Below, one piece after another: positions 60,008 to 64,000 of a stretch of 64,000 nucleotides of DNA. Both the position numbers and the translations under genes were made by a program. Positions within the stretch are counted from its first letter, which is position 1. The number at the start of each line of letters is the position of its first letter. The notes beneath the pieces were generated by a model. That model ran no database searches, was not told the origin of the DNA, and worked only from the letters and a program-made list of their open reading frames with translations. Source of the DNA: an uncultured delta proteobacterium (lineage in GTDB: Bacteria > Myxococcota > UBA727 > VGSZ01); the NCBI GenBank assembly GCA_963775425.1, contig CAVZJB010000014.1:1-64000 (forward strand), in the 5' to 3' direction.

Positions 60008-61053
60008 TCGGCGCCGTCGTCGCGGTCGCGCTCGCGTGGTCCGCGCCGGCGCACCAGGTGGGGCTGTCGCGCGGGCTGTACACAGTCTCCGACGACGGCG
60101 TGGACCTCGAGCTCACGCTGGCGCGCGGCGAGGCGGCGCGCACGGTCAAGGGGCTCGACGTCGACAACAGCGGCACGGTGGAGGATCGCGAGCTGAACGC
60201 GGCCGCGGCCTACTTCGCCACCGACGTCGTCGATCAGGTCGTCGTCACGAGCGAGGGCAAGCGCTGTCCGGGGCGCTTCGTGGGCGCCAACCTCACGGAG
60301 GAGGACGGTCTCGCGGTGCGCGCCCACTACGCCTGCGAGCGCACCGGCAAGATCACCGTCGACTTCCAGCTCGTGCACAGGCTCTCCACGGGCCACCGCC
60401 ACCTCGCCCACGTCGTCACCACCGGCGGCGAAGAGGACTTCGTGGCGTTCACGGGCTCGACGCAATTCACCTTCGGGCAGGACGCGCCGCCGCCGTCGCG
60501 CCTGGAGTTCTTGAAGCTCGGTGTGGAGCACATCCTCACGGGCTTCGATCACCTGGTGTTCCTGTTCGGCCTCATCCTCATCGGCGGCCGGCTGCGCTCG
60601 CTCCTCGGCGTCATCACGGCGTTCACGCTGGCGCACTCGGTGACGCTCGGGCTCGCCGTCATGGGCGTGTTCGCGCCGCCGCCGCAGGTGGTGGAGCCGC
60701 TCATCGCGGCCTCCATCGCCTACGTCGGCGTCGAAAACTTCTTCGTGAAGAACGCCGAGGGGCGCTGGCGCATCACGGCGCCCTTCGGCCTCGTGCACGG
60801 CTTCGGCTTCGCGGGCGCGCTCGCCGAGGTGGGCGTGCCCAAGAGCGACGTGCCGCTCACGCTCTTCCTGTTCAACGCCGGCGTGGAGTGCGGCCAGCTC
60901 ATGGTGCTCGCCGTGGTGCTCCCGCTCCTGTGGCTCGCGCGCAAGAAGGGCATGCTCGGCGAGCGCACGGTGAAGGGCCTGAGCGTCGTCGTCATCCTGC
61001 TCGGCACGTTCTGGCTCGTGCAGCGGGTGCTGACGGCGCTCGGCGTGCTCTGA
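60004..61053 (+). CDS. HupE/UreJ-family membrane protein
   Basis: LGVEHILTGFDHL.F, TAFTLAHS.TL, FGLVHGFGFA and FN.GVE.GQ motifs. Confidence 0.92.
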   Translation: MIGAVVAVALAWSAPAHQVGLSRGLYTVSDDGVDLELTLARGEAARTVKGLDVDNSGTVEDRELNAAAAYFATDVVDQVVVTSEGKRCPGRFVGANLTEEDGLAVRAHYACERTGKITVDFQLVHRLSTGHRHLAHVVTTGGEEDFVAFTGSTQFTFGQDAPPPSRLEFLKLGVEHILTGFDHLVFLFGLILIGGRLRSLLGVITAFTLAHSVTLGLAVMGVFAPPPQVVEPLIAASIAYVGVENFFVKNAEGRWRITAPFGLVHGFGFAGALAEVGVPKSDVPLTLFLFNAGVECGQLMVLAVVLPLLWLARKKGMLGERTVKGLSVVVILLGTFWLVQRVLTALGVL

Positions 61054-61064
61054 GAGCGGGCGCT

Positions 61065-62042
61065 TCAGGGCAGGGCGCTGCAGCGCATGCCGCAGACGCC
61101 TTGCGCTTTGCCCGGGTCCTTGGCGCAGCCGCCGAGCGCGCAGTCGAAGTCGACGCTGCACGGCTCGCCCGCGTTGTTGAGAGCGGTGCAGGTGCCGTTG
61201 GCGCAGCGCGCGCCGTCGACGCAGCCGCCGCGCGTGCAGGGCTTGCCGGCGGCGATGCGGCCGGCGGCGCACTTGCCGGCGTCGCAGCGGTTGCCGTCGC
61301 CGCACTCGATGTTGGCCTGACAGGCGTCGCCCGCGTTCTTGGGCGCGCGGCAGACACCGAGCTCGCAGGTGCTCCGGTCGCAGGACGGGTGCTCGCGATC
61401 GATGTCGACCTGGGGCATGACGATGGAGAGCGCGTCGACCGCGCCGCCGCAGCGGCCGCCGGCGGCGGCGGGCTTGCCGCAGCGCCCCGTGTCGAGGGGG
61501 GAGACGCCGAGGCAGCGCAGGCCGTCCTTGCACTCGAGGCTCGAGCGGCACACGGCGCCGCCGTCGAGGGAGCCGCGCAACAGCCCGCTGCACTCGGGCG
61601 GCGTTCGCGGCGGGATGGGGCCCACCCAGGCGCAGCCCTCGGTCTGCCTGGCGCGCGCGTCGGCGCAGCTCTTCGCCTTCGCCTCGTCGAGGGTGACGGC
61701 CTTGCCGGCGAGGGCCGCGCTCAGCACGCCCGCGCAGGTCCGCGCGAGCGGGCTCGGTCCGGGCTTGTCCTTGCAGCACGCGGCCTTCCTCTCGGCGGGC
61801 GCGGTGTACAGGGCGTCGCACAGGGCGACGGCGGCCGGCGTCGGCGGCGTGTTGGCGTCGTAGACGGGCTGGATGTCCTCGTGGGCGCTGGCGTCGTCCG
61901 CGGTGCCGGGCGCGCCCGCGTCGACGGTCGCCGCCCGGGGCGGGCCGCCGGCGTCGGCCGCCTGGGACGCGCCGCCCTTCTTCGGACAACCCGCGATCGC
62001 AGTGACGACGACGACGACGGCGACGAGGGCGGTGCGCTTCAT
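61065..62042 (-). CDS. Cys-rich (Dickkopf-like repeat) lipoprotein
   Basis: IAGC lipobox; repeated G..C....C.....C....C. Confidence 0.75.
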   Translation of the reverse strand: MKRTALVAVVVVVTAIAGCPKKGGASQAADAGGPPRAATVDAGAPGTADDASAHEDIQPVYDANTPPTPAAVALCDALYTAPAERKAACCKDKPGPSPLARTCAGVLSAALAGKAVTLDEAKAKSCADARARQTEGCAWVGPIPPRTPPECSGLLRGSLDGGAVCRSSLECKDGLRCLGVSPLDTGRCGKPAAAGGRCGGAVDALSIVMPQVDIDREHPSCDRSTCELGVCRAPKNAGDACQANIECGDGNRCDAGKCAAGRIAAGKPCTRGGCVDGARCANGTCTALNNAGEPCSVDFDCALGGCAKDPGKAQGVCGMRCSALP

Positions 62043-62584
62043 CCGCGCTCGATAGGTTGGCCGGCCGGCGCGAGCAAGCCCGGAAGCGCCGCCAGCGGCT
62101 GGCGCGCGAGCGCGCGGGCGGCGTCGGCGAGCGGCGAAGGCACCGGCAGCCCCGCGTTGCCGAGGGCCTCGAGCGCGGGGACGGCCGCGAAGGCGCGCTC
62201 GAAGAGGCGCGGGTGGGGCACGGCGGGACCCGCGCCCTGCGGCGCGTCTCCGTCGACGAGCGGCGCGTCGACGCTCCACAGCACGTCGAGGTCCAGCGTG
62301 CGCGACGCGTTGGCCATCGCCCGCACGCGGCCGCACGCGGCTTCGATCGCGTGAAGCGCCTGCAGCAGCGCCGCCGCCGGCAGCGCCGTGTCGACGACGA
62401 CGGCGGCGTTGACGAAGCGCGCCGCGGTGGCGCCGCCCGCGGCCGGGCTCTCGTACAGCCGGCTCGCCGCCACGACGCTCAGCATCGGGTGCGCCCCGAG
62501 GCGCGCGGCCCCCTCGCGCACCCGCGAGGCCGCGTGGTGATCGGAAGAGCCGAGGCCGACGACGAAGCGCACGCGCGGCAGCAT
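62039..62584 (-). CDS. folK: 2-amino-4-hydroxy-6-hydroxymethyldihydropteridine diphosphokinase
   Basis: GLGS, S.LYES, FVNA, IE...GR.R, RTLDLD.L and PHPR..ERAF motifs. Start may be GTG 62572. Confidence 0.9.
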   Translation of the reverse strand: MLPRVRFVVGLGSSDHHAASRVREGAARLGAHPMLSVVAASRLYESPAAGGATAARFVNAAVVVDTALPAAALLQALHAIEAACGRVRAMANASRTLDLDVLWSVDAPLVDGDAPQGAGPAVPHPRLFERAFAAVPALEALGNAGLPVPSPLADAARALARQPLAALPGLLAPAGQPIERG

Positions 62585-62620
62585 CGCGTCACCTGCCGCG
62601 GGCGGCAACGCGATCCGTAC

Positions 62621-63067
62621 TCAGCTCACCTTCTGGGCTTCGGCGAGCGCGGCGGCGTCGACGCGCTCGTTCTCCGGGTGGCCGGCGTGGCCGCGCACCC
62701 ACTCCCAGGTGACCTCGTGCTTGCCCGCCTCGGCGATGAGCGCCTCCCAGAGGGGACGGTTTTCGACGGGCTTGCCCGCGCTGTTCCGCCAGCCCTTCTT
62801 CACCCAGTTGTGGCGCCACTCCTTCATGCCCTTCACGACGTAGTTGCTGTCGGTGACGATGTGCACCCGGCAACGGCGCTTGAGCGCGGCGAGGCCGCCG
62901 ATGGCGGCTTGGAGCTCCATGCGGTTGTTCGTCGTCGCCGGGGCGCCGCCGGTGACCAGCTTCTCTTTGCGCGCGCCGTCCTTGTCGACGACGAGCAGCG
63001 CCGCCCAGCCGCCGGGCCCCGGGTTCCCGAGGCAACTGCCGTCGCAAAACAAGCTCACGCGCTCCAC
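62621..63067 (-). CDS. rnhA: Ribonuclease HI
   Basis: DGSCLGNPGPGGW, TTNNRMEL, TDS.YV and WVRGHAG..ENERVD motifs. Confidence 0.97.
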   Translation of the reverse strand: MERVSLFCDGSCLGNPGPGGWAALLVVDKDGARKEKLVTGGAPATTNNRMELQAAIGGLAALKRRCRVHIVTDSNYVVKGMKEWRHNWVKKGWRNSAGKPVENRPLWEALIAEAGKHEVTWEWVRGHAGHPENERVDAAALAEAQKVS

Positions 63068-63074
63068 GCGCCGC

Positions 63075-64000
63075 CTACTCCAGGTACTGCAGGAACAGGA
63101 GCGCCGTGGACATGTAGATGAGGATGCCGGTGATGTCGTTGGCGGTGGTGACGAACGGCCCCGACGCGATGGCGGGATCCACGCCGAGCCGCTTCATCGC
63201 CGCCGGCGCCAACGTCCCCATCGACGCCGCCGCCGTCATGGCCGCGACCATGGCCACGAAGACCACGAGGCCGAGCATGAACTTGCCGTGGGCGAAGAAC
63301 AGGATGCTCACGACGCCCACCACCGCGCCGCACACCACGCCCATCAACATGCCCACGCGGAATTCGCGAAAGAGGATGGAGCTGAGCTCGGCGACGTTGA
63401 CGCGGCCGGTGGCGAGGCCACGGGTCAGGATGGTGGCGGACTGCGTCCCGACGTTTCCGCCCATGGCGGTGATGACGGGGACGAACGCCGCGAGGATGAC
63501 CGCCTGCTTGAGCACGGGCTGGTACCAGAACAGGAGCGTGGCCGACACGAGCGAGCCGAACAGCGTGGTGACGAGCCACGGCAGGCGCACGCGGGCGATG
63601 GGCAGCACCCGGTCGCGGTAGAGCAGCTCCTCCGCCGAGGTACCGGCCTGCTTGAGGGCGTCCTCCTCGGCCTCCTCGGCGACGACGTGCATGATGTCGT
63701 CGTGGAGGATGCGGCCGAGCATGCGGCCATCGCGGTCGACCACGGGCAACGACACCGCCGAGTACTTCTTGAAGATGCCCGCCACGCGCTCCTGGTCGAC
63801 GTCCGGAGTCACCTTGGCGATCGGCGGCTCCATGATCTCCGACATCTTCTTGTCGGGCTTGTTGAGCAAGAGCAGCGTGAGCTCGACGTAGCCGACGAGG
63901 TGGTCCTCGTCGTCGACGACCCAGACGCCGTGCACGGGGATGTCGTCGTCGACGAGGGCGCGCACGCGGGCGATGGCGTCGTCGATGGTGGCGCTCTTTT
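63075..64000 (-). CDS. mgtE: Magnesium transporter MgtE (5' end outside window)
   Basis: CBS pair, RLPWL, GGNVGTQS and DPAIASGPFVTT.ND motifs. Confidence 0.95.
   Translation of the reverse strand, partial: KSATIDDAIARVRALVDDDIPVHGVWVVDDEDHLVGYVELTLLLLNKPDKKMSEIMEPPIAKVTPDVDQERVAGIFKKYSAVSLPVVDRDGRMLGRILHDDIMHVVAEEAEEDALKQAGTSAEELLYRDRVLPIARVRLPWLVTTLFGSLVSATLLFWYQPVLKQAVILAAFVPVITAMGGNVGTQSATILTRGLATGRVNVAELSSILFREFRVGMLMGVVCGAVVGVVSILFFAHGKFMLGLVVFVAMVAAMTAAASMGTLAPAAMKRLGVDPAIASGPFVTTANDITGILIYMSTALLFLQYLE

Overview
High-GC bacterial DNA, most likely Myxococcota or a related deltaproteobacterial lineage (two MYXO-CTERM tails, many Cys-rich lipoproteins, Hanks-type kinases, a PilA-like helix). 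Bases 1-6953 are three IS1182-like elements joined end to end at shared CTAG tetramers. The first two are diverged copies that each carry a four-helix-bundle (23S rRNA IVP/Avd-like) gene behind about 300 nt of long hairpins, upstream of the transposase. A gene-less relative of that hairpin repeat sits at about 52.4-52.7 kb. The rest is chromosomal backbone: a split atp cluster (atpF', atpF, atpH, atpA, atpG), rplM-rpsI, metK, uppP, folK, rnhA and a partial mgtE. It also holds a small THX ribosomal protein gene missed by the ORF track, two REC-Ser/Thr kinase fusions, six (GE)n-repeat secreted proteins, a TonB-dependent receptor, an S8 protease and a DUF4331-TPR-HupE/UreJ cluster. Non-coding candidates are a GU-repeat sRNA next to a CRP-like box, a perfect 20-bp operator and many apparently leaderless promoters. 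No rRNA, tRNA or CRISPR array was seen. All family calls are by eye from motifs; no searches were run.
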